From an uncultured Oxalobacter sp. (lineage in GTDB: Bacteria > Pseudomonadota > Gammaproteobacteria > Burkholderiales > Burkholderiaceae_D), in NCBI GenBank assembly GCA_964602435.1, contig CAZRQR010000001.1, forward strand, positions 1-62,903: 62,903 nt of DNA, in the 5' to 3' direction. Numbering within the stretch: the first letter of the stretch is position 1; each line of letters begins with the position of its first letter. Made by a program: the position numbers and the translations under genes. The notes beneath the pieces were generated by a model. That model saw nothing but the letters and a program-made list of their open reading frames with translations. It was not told the origin of the DNA and made no database searches. Of this stretch, positions 11,464-20,820 are shown piece by piece.

Positions 11464-13332
11464 ATGAATCGTTACCCACTCTGGAAATATCTTGTCATCA
11501 TTGCCACCATTCTGTTCGGCATCATTTATACATTGCCCAATTTCTTTGGAGAATCGCCGGCGGTCCAGATCAGCAGCGTACGATCCACCGTCAAGGTCGA
11601 TACACAAATGATGAATCAGATAGAACACATCCTCAGAGACAACAATATTCCTGTCGATGGAATCTATTTCGATGCCAGCGGCATGCACTCCACTGTCAAG
11701 GTTCGTTTCACGAATACCGACACCCAGTTCAAGGCAAAAGAAATTCTGGAAAACAGACTCAATACCAACCCCGAAGATCCGACATTCAGTATTGCCTTCA
11801 ACCTGCTGCCGAACACACCACAATGGCTCCAGAACCTGCATGCCTTGCCCATGTATCTTGGTCTTGACCTTCGTGGTGGCGTTCACTTCCTCATGCAGGT
11901 CGACGTCAATGCGGCAATCAACTCCAGAATACAGGGATTGCAGATCTCGGCAAGAAATCTGCTCAGGGAAAACAATGTTCGTTACTCCGGATTGATACGT
12001 GTCCGGGATACGGTTGAACTGCAGTTCAACGACCCCCAGACACGCCAGCGTGCGGAAAAAATCCTTGCCGGCCAGTTATCCGAAATCACGCTGAAAGAGG
12101 AAACCGGCAACAACAAGCTCATCATCACCCTGAGTCCGGACGCCATCAAACAGATCAGGGAAAACAGTGTCAAACAGAACATCGCCACCCTGTCCAAACG
12201 GGTCAATGAACTCGGTGTCAACGAACCGGTCATCCAGCAGCAGGGAGCGGACAGGATTGTCGTCCAGCTTCCCGGCGTCCAGGATGTTTCACGCGCCAAG
12301 GATATTATCGGCCGTACAGCGACACTGGAAGTAAGGATGGTGGATGAATCAATCACACGAGGCACAGAAGAGAGTGTCGCGGTTCCGCTCGGTTCGGAAA
12401 TTTTCAGGCAAGGCAAGGGCACGCCGGTCATCCTTTACAAGGAACCCGTATTGACCGGTGAATATATCTCGAACGCTTCCGCCAGTTTCGACCAGTATCA
12501 GCAGCCGGCCGTCAGTATCGACCTGAACGGTGACGGCGGCAGAAAAATGCGTCAGGCAACCCGTGGCAAAATCGGCAAACTGATGGCTATCGTTCTGTTC
12601 GAGAAGGGGAAAGGCGAGGTTCTGACAGTTGCATCCATTCGCGACGAACTCGGCTCGAAATTTCAGATCACAGGCATGGACACGCCTGAGGCTGCAACCG
12701 ATCTGGCGCTTTTGCTTCGTGCAGGTTCACTTGCCGCTCCGATGCAGATCATCGAGGAAAGAACCATCGGTCCCCAGCTGGGTGCCGAAAACATCACAAA
12801 AGGATTCTTGTCGAACCTGTACGGATTTATCGCTGTTTCGATATTCATGATCCTTTATTACATGGTCTTCGGCCTTTTCAGTGTCATTGCCCTGTCAGTC
12901 AATGTTCTGCTGTTGATTGCCATCCTGTCGCTCATGCAGGTCACGCTCACCTTGCCAGGTATCGCCGCCATCGCACTGACACTCGGCATGGCCATTGACT
13001 CGAATGTGCTGATCAACGAGCGCATACGCGAGGAACTGAGAGCCAATAACAGTCCGCAATCGGCAATCGCCAACGGTTTCGGTCACGCATGGGCGACCAT
13101 CCTGGATTCCAACGTCACGACCCTGATCGCGGGGATCGCTCTTCTGATATTCGGAACAGGCCCGATTCGGGGATTCGCGGTAGTCCATTGTATCGGTATC
13201 ATCACGTCCCTGTTCTCTTCGGTATTCGTATCCCGTGGCCTTGCCAATCTGTGGTACGGAAGACGGAAGAAACTGACTTCACTGTCAATTGGACAAATAT
13301 GGCGACCGGATAATTCCGGCTCCGAAAAATAA
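11464..13332 (+). CDS. secD: Protein translocase subunit SecD
   Basis: MNRYPLWKY, LGLDLRGG, LLRAGSLAAP, GMAIDSNVLINERIREE. Confidence 0.98.
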   Translation: MNRYPLWKYLVIIATILFGIIYTLPNFFGESPAVQISSVRSTVKVDTQMMNQIEHILRDNNIPVDGIYFDASGMHSTVKVRFTNTDTQFKAKEILENRLNTNPEDPTFSIAFNLLPNTPQWLQNLHALPMYLGLDLRGGVHFLMQVDVNAAINSRIQGLQISARNLLRENNVRYSGLIRVRDTVELQFNDPQTRQRAEKILAGQLSEITLKEETGNNKLIITLSPDAIKQIRENSVKQNIATLSKRVNELGVNEPVIQQQGADRIVVQLPGVQDVSRAKDIIGRTATLEVRMVDESITRGTEESVAVPLGSEIFRQGKGTPVILYKEPVLTGEYISNASASFDQYQQPAVSIDLNGDGGRKMRQATRGKIGKLMAIVLFEKGKGEVLTVASIRDELGSKFQITGMDTPEAATDLALLLRAGSLAAPMQIIEERTIGPQLGAENITKGFLSNLYGFIAVSIFMILYYMVFGLFSVIALSVNVLLLIAILSLMQVTLTLPGIAAIALTLGMAIDSNVLINERIREELRANNSPQSAIANGFGHAWATILDSNVTTLIAGIALLIFGTGPIRGFAVVHCIGIITSLFSSVFVSRGLANLWYGRRKKLTSLSIGQIWRPDNSGSEK

Positions 13333-13365
13333 AAATATCGACCAAAAACGAAAACAGGATACGAC

Positions 13366-14307
13366 ATGGAATTCTTTCGAATCAAAAAAGATATTCCCTT
13401 CATGCGCCACGCGCTGATTTTCAATATCATTTCTTTCCTTACTTTTCTGGCAGCGGTTTTTTTCCTCTGGCACAAGGGACTCCATCTTTCCGTTGAATTT
13501 ACTGGCGGAACCGTCATGGAAGTAACCTACAAAAATGCCGCTGATCTCGACAACATCCGCAACACCATCCGGGACCTGGGATTCGGAAACGATTTTCAGG
13601 TCCAGAATTTCGGACGTGCCCAGGATGTCATGATTAATCTGCCTGTCCAGAAAGACATGACTTCCGCACAGCAAAGCGAAAAAGTCATGGCTGCCCTGAC
13701 AGCACAAAATCCTGATGCCCACCTGCAACGTGTTGAGTTTGTCGGTCCGCAAGTAGGCGATGAACTGACACATGACGGACTGATGGCGCTGGGAATGGTT
13801 GTCATAGGCATTGTTATCTATCTGGCATTCCGCTTCGAATGGAAATATGCCGTTTCAGCCATTATTGCCAACTTGCACGATATCGTCATCATTCTGGGGT
13901 TTTTCGCCTTTTTCGAATGGGAATTCTCGCTTTCGGTTCTGGCTGCCATACTGGCCATTCTGGGATATTCAGTCAACGAATCGGTCATCATTTTCGACCG
14001 TATCCGTGAAAACTTCCGGAAAATGCGAAAGGCATCCGTTATGGAAATCGTCAATCACGCCATTACCAGTACCATTTCCAGAACGATTATCACACATGGT
14101 TCTACCCAGATCATGGTATTGTCCATGCTGATTTTTGGCGGTCCGACACTTCACAATTTCGCCCTTGCCCTGACAATCGGCATCTGTTTCGGCATCTATT
14201 CATCCGTTTTCGTGGCCGCCGCAGTTGCCATGTGGCTAGGAATCAGGCGTGAGGATCTTGTCAAACCCGTCAAGGAAAAAGGCAATGCCGACGGTGCGGT
14301 AGTTTAA
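13366..14307 (+). CDS. secF: Protein translocase subunit SecF
   Basis: [28 protein letters not shown]. Confidence 0.98.
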   Translation: MEFFRIKKDIPFMRHALIFNIISFLTFLAAVFFLWHKGLHLSVEFTGGTVMEVTYKNAADLDNIRNTIRDLGFGNDFQVQNFGRAQDVMINLPVQKDMTSAQQSEKVMAALTAQNPDAHLQRVEFVGPQVGDELTHDGLMALGMVVIGIVIYLAFRFEWKYAVSAIIANLHDIVIILGFFAFFEWEFSLSVLAAILAILGYSVNESVIIFDRIRENFRKMRKASVMEIVNHAITSTISRTIITHGSTQIMVLSMLIFGGPTLHNFALALTIGICFGIYSSVFVAAAVAMWLGIRREDLVKPVKEKGNADGAVV

Positions 14308-14365
14308 ATCAATGCCAATCTGTTATAAATTGTCGGTTTTAAAGTTCATTTATCCGGAGAATCTG

Positions 14366-15619
14366 ATGTATAAACACATTCAAGTCCCACAGTCCGGTGA
14401 AAAAATCACGGTAAATCCGGATTTTTCGCTGAACGTTTCTGATCGTCCCATCATTCCGTTTATCGAAGGGGATGGTATCGGCATTGACGTCACTCCTGTC
14501 ATGCGCAAGGTTATCGATGCCGCAGTCAACAAAGCTTACGCCGGAAAGCGGAAAATTGAATGGATGGAGGTTTATGCCGGCGAAAAATCACTTAAAGTGT
14601 ACGGCGATAACGTCTGGCTCCCGGAAGAAACGCTGGATGCGCTGAAAGAATTCGTCATCTCGATCAAGGGGCCGCTGACCACTCCGATCGGCGGAGGTAT
14701 CCGCTCCCTTAACGTTGCCATGAGACAACGTCTCGACCTGTATGTCTGCCTGCGCCCGGTGCGCTATTTCCAGGGGGTTCCTTCACCGCTGCGCGAACCG
14801 GAAAAAACCGATATGGTCATTTTCCGTGAAAACACGGAAGACATTTACGCCGGAATCGAATGGGCCGAAGGATCACCCGAAGCCAGAAAAGTCATCGATT
14901 TTCTGGTCAGGGAAATGGGAGTCAGCCAAATCCGTTTCCCGCAAACATCCGGTATCGGAATCAAACCCGTTTCCAGGGAAGGTACGGAAAGACTGGTACG
15001 AAAGGCCATCCAGTATGCCATCGACAATGACCGTCCCTCTGTCACGCTGATTCACAAGGGCAACATCATGAAATTCACGGAAGGCAGTTTCCGTGACTGG
15101 GGATATGCACTGGCAAAACGGGAATTCGGTGCGGAAGTGATCGGCAAGGGACCGTGGTGCACATTCAGAAATCCGAAAACCGGTCGTGAAATCATCATCA
15201 AGGATGTACTGGCGGACGCTTTCCTTCAGGAAATCCTGCTGCGTCCGGCCGAATTCAGTGTTCTGGCGACACTGAATCTGAACGGCGATTACATATCCGA
15301 CGCACTGGCTGCCCAAGTAGGTGGAATCGGTATTGCACCCGGCGCAAATATTTCGGATTCTGTCGCCATTTTCGAGGCGACACATGGTACTGCTCCATCC
15401 ATGGCAGGGCAAAACAATGTCAATCCGGGTTCGCTGATCCTTTCTGCCGAAATGATGCTGCGTCACATCGGATGGACCGAAGCGGCCGATCTGGTCATTG
15501 CATCCATGCAGAAAGCCATTTCATCAAGACAGGTCACCAGCGATTTCGCCCGCCTGATGAATGACGCCAGGGAGGTATCGACTTCCGAATTCGGTGAAAT
15601 CATGATTTCGTTCATGTAG
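14366..15619 (+). CDS. icd: NADP-dependent isocitrate dehydrogenase (dimeric type)
   Basis: [46 protein letters not shown]; start 14366 after GGAG (ORF open to 14312). Confidence 0.96.
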   Translation: MYKHIQVPQSGEKITVNPDFSLNVSDRPIIPFIEGDGIGIDVTPVMRKVIDAAVNKAYAGKRKIEWMEVYAGEKSLKVYGDNVWLPEETLDALKEFVISIKGPLTTPIGGGIRSLNVAMRQRLDLYVCLRPVRYFQGVPSPLREPEKTDMVIFRENTEDIYAGIEWAEGSPEARKVIDFLVREMGVSQIRFPQTSGIGIKPVSREGTERLVRKAIQYAIDNDRPSVTLIHKGNIMKFTEGSFRDWGYALAKREFGAEVIGKGPWCTFRNPKTGREIIIKDVLADAFLQEILLRPAEFSVLATLNLNGDYISDALAAQVGGIGIAPGANISDSVAIFEATHGTAPSMAGQNNVNPGSLILSAEMMLRHIGWTEAADLVIASMQKAISSRQVTSDFARLMNDAREVSTSEFGEIMISFM

Positions 15620-15891
15620 GCAAACAACCGGACCGGACGCTTCCAACCAGGCCGTCCGGCGATCCGTTCAGGCTTTTTATGGATGTCCAGAGATATTGTT
15701 TTTGGAATAAAAAAACATAAACTTTTTTATTGCCAATACAAATTTTTTATCAGTTCGGTTATGATGATCCATCTTGAACGACTGTTAATAATAACGAGCA
15801 TCCGGACAAATACCGGATGTACCGTTTCCGGTTTATGGAATACCATTCTCAAGGCCCCGGCGGGGACTTGAATGTTTATTAAGGAGAGAAG

Positions 15892-16665
15892 ATGAAAACT
15901 TGGGTACGCTTCCAACAAGGTGATACAGTGAAATTTGGTACTCTTGAAGGAAATACGATTTCTGTCTATAACGGCAATATGTTCGACAACCCGCAGCCGG
16001 CAGGTGAATCGGTCAAACTGGCGGATGTCAAGCTGCTAACACCTTGTTCGCCCAGCAAAATGATCCTGTTGTGGAACAATTTCTATGCTCTTTCAAACAA
16101 GCTTGGCGTCGCTATTCCTGAAGAACCGCTTTATCTTCTCAAACCGAGCACTTCCTACATCGCCAATGGCGATGTCGTCAAAAAACCGAACTCCTATGAC
16201 GGCAAGGTTGTCTATGAAGGCGAACTGGGTATCGTTATCGGCAAACGCTGCAAGGAAGTATCGGAAGCGGACGCCCCCAACTATATTTTCGGCTATACCT
16301 GTTCCAATGACGTGACAGCAGGCCAGCTGATCCAGAAAGACCCGACTTTTGCGCAATGGACGCGTGCCAAGGGATTCGATACTTTCGGTTCGTTTGGCCC
16401 GGGCATCGTTTCGGGAATTGAGGATCCAAACAAACTGGTGATCAAAACCATCCTGAACGGCCAGGAACGCCAGAACTACCCAGTCAGCGACATGATTTTC
16501 CCTCCATTCAAGCTGGTCAGCATGATTTCCCATGACATGACCCTTGAACCGGGCGATATCATTTCCTGCGGCACATCGGTCGGCGTCGGCTCCATGAAAC
16601 CGGGCAGCACCGTCGAAGTCGTTATCGACGGCGTCGGCCATCTGGTCAACAAATACGAAGCCTGA
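15892..16665 (+). CDS. Fumarylacetoacetate hydrolase family protein
   Basis: YEGELGIVIG, GYTCSNDVT, W.RAKGFDTF, TLEPGDII.CGT; strong AAGGAG RBS. Confidence 0.93.
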   Translation: MKTWVRFQQGDTVKFGTLEGNTISVYNGNMFDNPQPAGESVKLADVKLLTPCSPSKMILLWNNFYALSNKLGVAIPEEPLYLLKPSTSYIANGDVVKKPNSYDGKVVYEGELGIVIGKRCKEVSEADAPNYIFGYTCSNDVTAGQLIQKDPTFAQWTRAKGFDTFGSFGPGIVSGIEDPNKLVIKTILNGQERQNYPVSDMIFPPFKLVSMISHDMTLEPGDIISCGTSVGVGSMKPGSTVEVVIDGVGHLVNKYEA

Positions 16666-16682
16666 TTTTTCCGCTTCCGTTC

Positions 16683-16718
16683 AAAAAGCAAGCTGCAATC
16701 ATGCCGCTTGCTTTTTTT
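16683..16718 (+). terminator. Intrinsic terminator after FAH gene
   Basis: AAAAAGCAAGC...GCTTGCTTTTTTT stem with U-tract. Confidence 0.8.
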
Positions 16719-16775
16719 GCGTCTGTTATTCCTCCGACTCCACTCCCCGCCAGAAACGGCTTGACCTGAATCACC

Positions 16776-16840
16776 TGCAACAAACTGTTACACATTTGTT
16801 TGTCCAAAACCTTACGCTTGAAAGCCGGACATCATATACT
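16776..16840 (+). promoter_or_regulatory. Putative OmpR-family-activated sigma70 promoter of the spy-like gene
   Basis: 10-bp-spaced direct repeats TGCAACAAAC/TGTTACACAT, then TTACGC-17-TATACT. Confidence 0.45.
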
Positions 16841-16893
16841 GACTTCAAGCACACGCTGTCATTCCCGTTTATTATCCCGAAAGGAGAAACAAT

Positions 16894-17415
16894 ATGAAAA
16901 AACTGAACAAATACCTTATGACAGGTATCACTGTCCTGGGACTCGGTGCAGCCTGTTTTTCGACCGGCACGCTGGCCCAGCCTGCCGACAATACCTATGC
17001 TGGCTGCCCGATGTATATGGGAGGAGGCCCGGGAAACTGCTATGTCGATTATGACGGTTCCTATCGCGGTCATCACGAACGCTGGAGACAATACCATCAC
17101 CAGTACCAGATTGCCCTGCACGACAAACTCCAGCTGAATGCAGAACAGGAAAAGGCATGGACAGCGTACCTCGCTGTTGCAGACAAAAACATAAACGCAT
17201 GGAAACCGGTATATCGTGCTGATCTGGAAAAAATGACTACGCCGGAAAGAATGCAAACCATGATTGACCGGATGAAGACACATGAAAAAGCGCTGACAGA
17301 ACAACTCGCTGCCCTGAAAACCTTTTATGGAACACTGACTCCGGAACAACAGCAGATTTTCGATACCGAATCCATGTATTATCCGCGATATCGTCATGGC
17401 GGCCCGATGAGATAA
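16894..17415 (+). CDS. Spy/CpxP family periplasmic chaperone (LTXXQ motif)
   Basis: Signal peptide; LHDKLQLNAEQ and LTPEQQQIFD motifs; AAGGAG RBS. Confidence 0.88.
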   Translation: MKKLNKYLMTGITVLGLGAACFSTGTLAQPADNTYAGCPMYMGGGPGNCYVDYDGSYRGHHERWRQYHHQYQIALHDKLQLNAEQEKAWTAYLAVADKNINAWKPVYRADLEKMTTPERMQTMIDRMKTHEKALTEQLAALKTFYGTLTPEQQQIFDTESMYYPRYRHGGPMR

Positions 17416-17443
17416 TCTTCCATCTCATGGCTCTCCTGTTCAG

Positions 17444-17470
17444 ACGCCTGATTCATGTCAGGCGTTTTTT
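17444..17470 (+). terminator. Intrinsic terminator
   Basis: ACGCCTGA-ttcatg-TCAGGCGT followed by T-run. Confidence 0.8.
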
Positions 17471-17610
17471 GTTCATGTTTGTTTCCGTTCCCGAAAACAC
17501 GTTTGCTTATCTTCTCCACGAAATCCGGGTGAAACAGTATAATCTCTTTTTACAGTCCATAAAGACTTTACCCGTTTTCATTATCATTCAAATATAGCTT
17601 TTCTATTTTC

Positions 17611-19326
17611 ATGCTCGCTCAACAGAAACAACAGATCACCCTTTTATTCCAGGATGCTGTTAACTCCCTGACTGAAGGACAGGACCTTGCCAAACGTCCC
17701 GTCATCTTGCTCGAAAGACCGAGAGATGCAGCTCACGGAGATGTCGCCAGCAATATCGCCATGCAACTGGCAAAACCATTGAAAAAGAATCCGCGAGAAA
17801 TCGCGCAGGCTATCCTTGACTCTGTTCTGACAGCATCGGCACACAACAACCTGATTGAATCAGGTGAAATAGCAGGCCCCGGTTTTATCAATCTGCGTCT
17901 GACCGCTGCAGCCAAACAAGGAGTTGTCAAAACGGTCATGGAACAGAAGGAAAAATATGGTTACAGCAATCGCGGAACCGGGAAAAAGGTCATGGTCGAA
18001 TTCGTTTCCGCCAACCCGACTGGACCGCTTCATGTAGGGCATGGGCGCCAAGGTGCACTGGGTGATTCCATATCGGCCCTGTTCGAAACACAGGGCTACG
18101 ATGTTACCCGCGAATTCTATTACAACGATGCCGGTGTACAAATCGAAAATCTGGCCCGATCCGTTCAGGCACGTGCAAAAGGGCTGAAGCCGGGAGACAC
18201 CGACTGGCCGGAAAGCGCATACAACGGTGACTATATCGCAGATATAGCCGCCGATTTCATGGCGAAAAAAACGGTAGCGGCAAGAAACTGTTCACCTGTT
18301 ACCGCTTCCGGAAATGCAGACGATCTGAAATCAATCCGTGAATTTTCCGTTGCCTATCTCCGAAACGAACAGGATAATGATCTGAATGCATTCGGTATTC
18401 ATTTCGATAATTTTTTTCTTGAATCATCCCTGTATCGTGACGGAAAAGTCCAAGAGACGGTTGAAACGCTGACCCGTGAAGGAAAAACCTTCGAAAACGA
18501 AGGCGCTCTGTGGCTCAGAACAACGGAATACGGAGACGACAAAGACCGTGTCATGAAAAAAACCGATGGTACCTATACCTATTTCGTACCGGACGTAGCC
18601 TATCACATCAATAAATGGAAAAGAGGATTTGACAGAGTCATCAATGTACAGGGCAGTGACCACCATGGCACTGTCGCCCGGGTCCGTGCCGGATTGCAGG
18701 CAGTCAATCAGGGAATTCCTGCCGGTTTTCCCGATTATGTCCTGCATAAAATGGTGACCGTCATGAAAAATGGCGCGGAAGTCAAAATATCCAAACGTGC
18801 CGGTTCCTATGTAACGGTCAGGGATCTTATCGAATGGTCTGGCGCGGGCGACATCACCCGTGGAAGAGATGCCGTCAGGTTTTTTCTGATTTCCAGAAAG
18901 GCTGACACGGAATTCGTTTTCGATATCGATCTGGCACTTTCCCAATCCGACGAAAACCCGGTTTACTACGTACAGTATGCGCATGCACGTATCTGCTCTG
19001 TTTTCATGCAATGGGGGGGAGATGAATCCATTCTTGAAAACGTCGACCTCTCGCCTCTTGTTTCTTCACATGAAAACGCCCTGTTGACCAAGCTGGCCGA
19101 TTATCCCGACATACTGGCTCGAGCACAGGACGAATTGAGTCCCCATCTGGTCGCTTTTTATCTGCGTGAACTGGCCGGTGAACTCCATGGTTATTACAAT
19201 GCGGAGCGATTCCTTGTTGACGATGAAAAAACTAGGCTGGCACGACTGGCCCTTCTGCAAGCGACCCGACAGGTTCTTCGTAACGGACTGGCGCTCCTGG
19301 GCGTTTCCGCACCGGTAAAAATGTGA
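17611..19326 (+). CDS. argS: Arginine--tRNA ligase
   Basis: [18 protein letters not shown] (HIGH), [28 protein letters not shown]. Confidence 0.98.
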   Translation: MLAQQKQQITLLFQDAVNSLTEGQDLAKRPVILLERPRDAAHGDVASNIAMQLAKPLKKNPREIAQAILDSVLTASAHNNLIESGEIAGPGFINLRLTAAAKQGVVKTVMEQKEKYGYSNRGTGKKVMVEFVSANPTGPLHVGHGRQGALGDSISALFETQGYDVTREFYYNDAGVQIENLARSVQARAKGLKPGDTDWPESAYNGDYIADIAADFMAKKTVAARNCSPVTASGNADDLKSIREFSVAYLRNEQDNDLNAFGIHFDNFFLESSLYRDGKVQETVETLTREGKTFENEGALWLRTTEYGDDKDRVMKKTDGTYTYFVPDVAYHINKWKRGFDRVINVQGSDHHGTVARVRAGLQAVNQGIPAGFPDYVLHKMVTVMKNGAEVKISKRAGSYVTVRDLIEWSGAGDITRGRDAVRFFLISRKADTEFVFDIDLALSQSDENPVYYVQYAHARICSVFMQWGGDESILENVDLSPLVSSHENALLTKLADYPDILARAQDELSPHLVAFYLRELAGELHGYYNAERFLVDDEKTRLARLALLQATRQVLRNGLALLGVSAPVKM

Positions 19327-19333
19327 GCTTTAT

Positions 19334-19882
19334 ATGGCGACTTCGAAAAAACAAAAAGGCGGTATTGTTCTCGGTTTCATTATCGGATTGATAACAGGTC
19401 TGGCCATTGCGGTTATCGTTGCATTCATGGTAACCAAAACGCCCATTCCTTTCGCAGGCCGGAAAGACAAACCCGAAAACACACCCGTACCGGCAACAGC
19501 CAGTACACCAGCCGGTGATCCCAATCAGTCACTGTATGGCAAGGAAAAACCCAGACAAACCGTACCCGCCATCACAGACAATGCCGCAAGCATACCAGCC
19601 CAGCAAACGATAATAGTTGCGCCACAGCAGACATTGCCTGAAGACAAAACCGTTTATTATCTTCAGGCGGGTGCATTCCGAAACAAAAATGAAGCAGAAA
19701 ACATGCGCGGAAATCTTGCCCTTCTGGGTTTTGAATCCCACATTTCTGAAGCCTCATCAAATTCCGGAAATATCTATCGTGTACGCTTGGGACCGTACAA
19801 AGGCAACACTGCCAACAATGTACAAAACAGACTGAAACAAAACGGAATCAGTACAACGGTCTCTCGTTCGGTTAAACAATAA
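19334..19882 (+). CDS. SPOR-domain cell division protein (FtsN-like)
   Basis: N-terminal TM, low-complexity linker, YYLQAGAF...YRVRLGP SPOR domain; argS-SPOR-dsbA context. Confidence 0.9.
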   Translation: MATSKKQKGGIVLGFIIGLITGLAIAVIVAFMVTKTPIPFAGRKDKPENTPVPATASTPAGDPNQSLYGKEKPRQTVPAITDNAASIPAQQTIIVAPQQTLPEDKTVYYLQAGAFRNKNEAENMRGNLALLGFESHISEASSNSGNIYRVRLGPYKGNTANNVQNRLKQNGISTTVSRSVKQ

Positions 19883-19883
19883 C

Positions 19884-20594
19884 ATGGTCAAACTTCTCTC
19901 ACGCTGGTTAACGGTTCTGCTAGTCGGTATCATGGCAACATCTGTCATGGCCTCACCATCCCATCCCCAGAAAAACGTCGATTATCAGGTCCTGAAAGTT
20001 CCACAGCCGGTCAATTCCGGCGACAAAGTAGAAGTGATCGAGTTTTTCGGTTACTTCTGTCCCCATTGTTACGCTTTCGACACAGCACTGACAAACTGGG
20101 CAAGAAAACACCGGAAAGATGTCGTTTTTAAAAGAGTCACTGTCAAATTCAGTGAGTCAATGGCACTTCATCAGAAAATGTTTTATACCCTCTCAGCAAT
20201 GGATGTTTTGACGAACGAGCTTCATCACAGGATTTTCGACGCCATACAGATCCAGCGGATTCCCCTGAGAACAGATGAACAAATATTTGAATTCGTCGAG
20301 AAAAACGGAATCGACCGCAAAAAATTCATGGAAATGTACAACTCCTTTTACGTCCGGATGCTGGGCGACAAGGCAGTGGAAATGCAATCCGCCTATGAAA
20401 TCGAGGGTGTCCCCATGATTGTGATTGATGGTAAATACCTGACATCACCGGCAATCGTCAGTTCGGGAAACGATATGGACCTGTCCGAAGAAGAAATGCA
20501 CACGCAGACGCTGAAAGTCATGGATGCACTCGTCAAACAGTCCCAGAAAGAAAAATCCCCGGTCCAGAAAACGAAGTCACCCAAAACGAAATAA
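19884..20594 (+). CDS. dsbA: Thiol:disulfide interchange protein DsbA
   Basis: Signal peptide, EFFGYFCPHC, cis-Pro loop GVP, GKY. Confidence 0.95.
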   Translation: MVKLLSRWLTVLLVGIMATSVMASPSHPQKNVDYQVLKVPQPVNSGDKVEVIEFFGYFCPHCYAFDTALTNWARKHRKDVVFKRVTVKFSESMALHQKMFYTLSAMDVLTNELHHRIFDAIQIQRIPLRTDEQIFEFVEKNGIDRKKFMEMYNSFYVRMLGDKAVEMQSAYEIEGVPMIVIDGKYLTSPAIVSSGNDMDLSEEEMHTQTLKVMDALVKQSQKEKSPVQKTKSPKTK

Positions 20595-20820
20595 TATTCG
20601 GGCGAATGAGCAGGTTTTTCTGTAACATGCGTCAGAAGAAGATACCGGTCATATTTTTCTTGCATTTCCTGACGCCAGCCTGAATTCCGGGTCAGTATAA
20701 TGAACATATGATTCTGGATGACCTGTGCAAGCAGGCAGATATCTGCCTTGTTTTTACAGCCGGTAAACGATTACACTTGTTTTTTCTGAACGTCAAACTA
20801 CTTTTTAATAGGATAAATCG

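Noticed and set aside
12284-12299. parS half-site-like sequences in secD (TGTTTCACGCG) and hpt (near 59881)
   Set aside because: Only one half matches, they lie inside coding sequence, and they are compatible with chance
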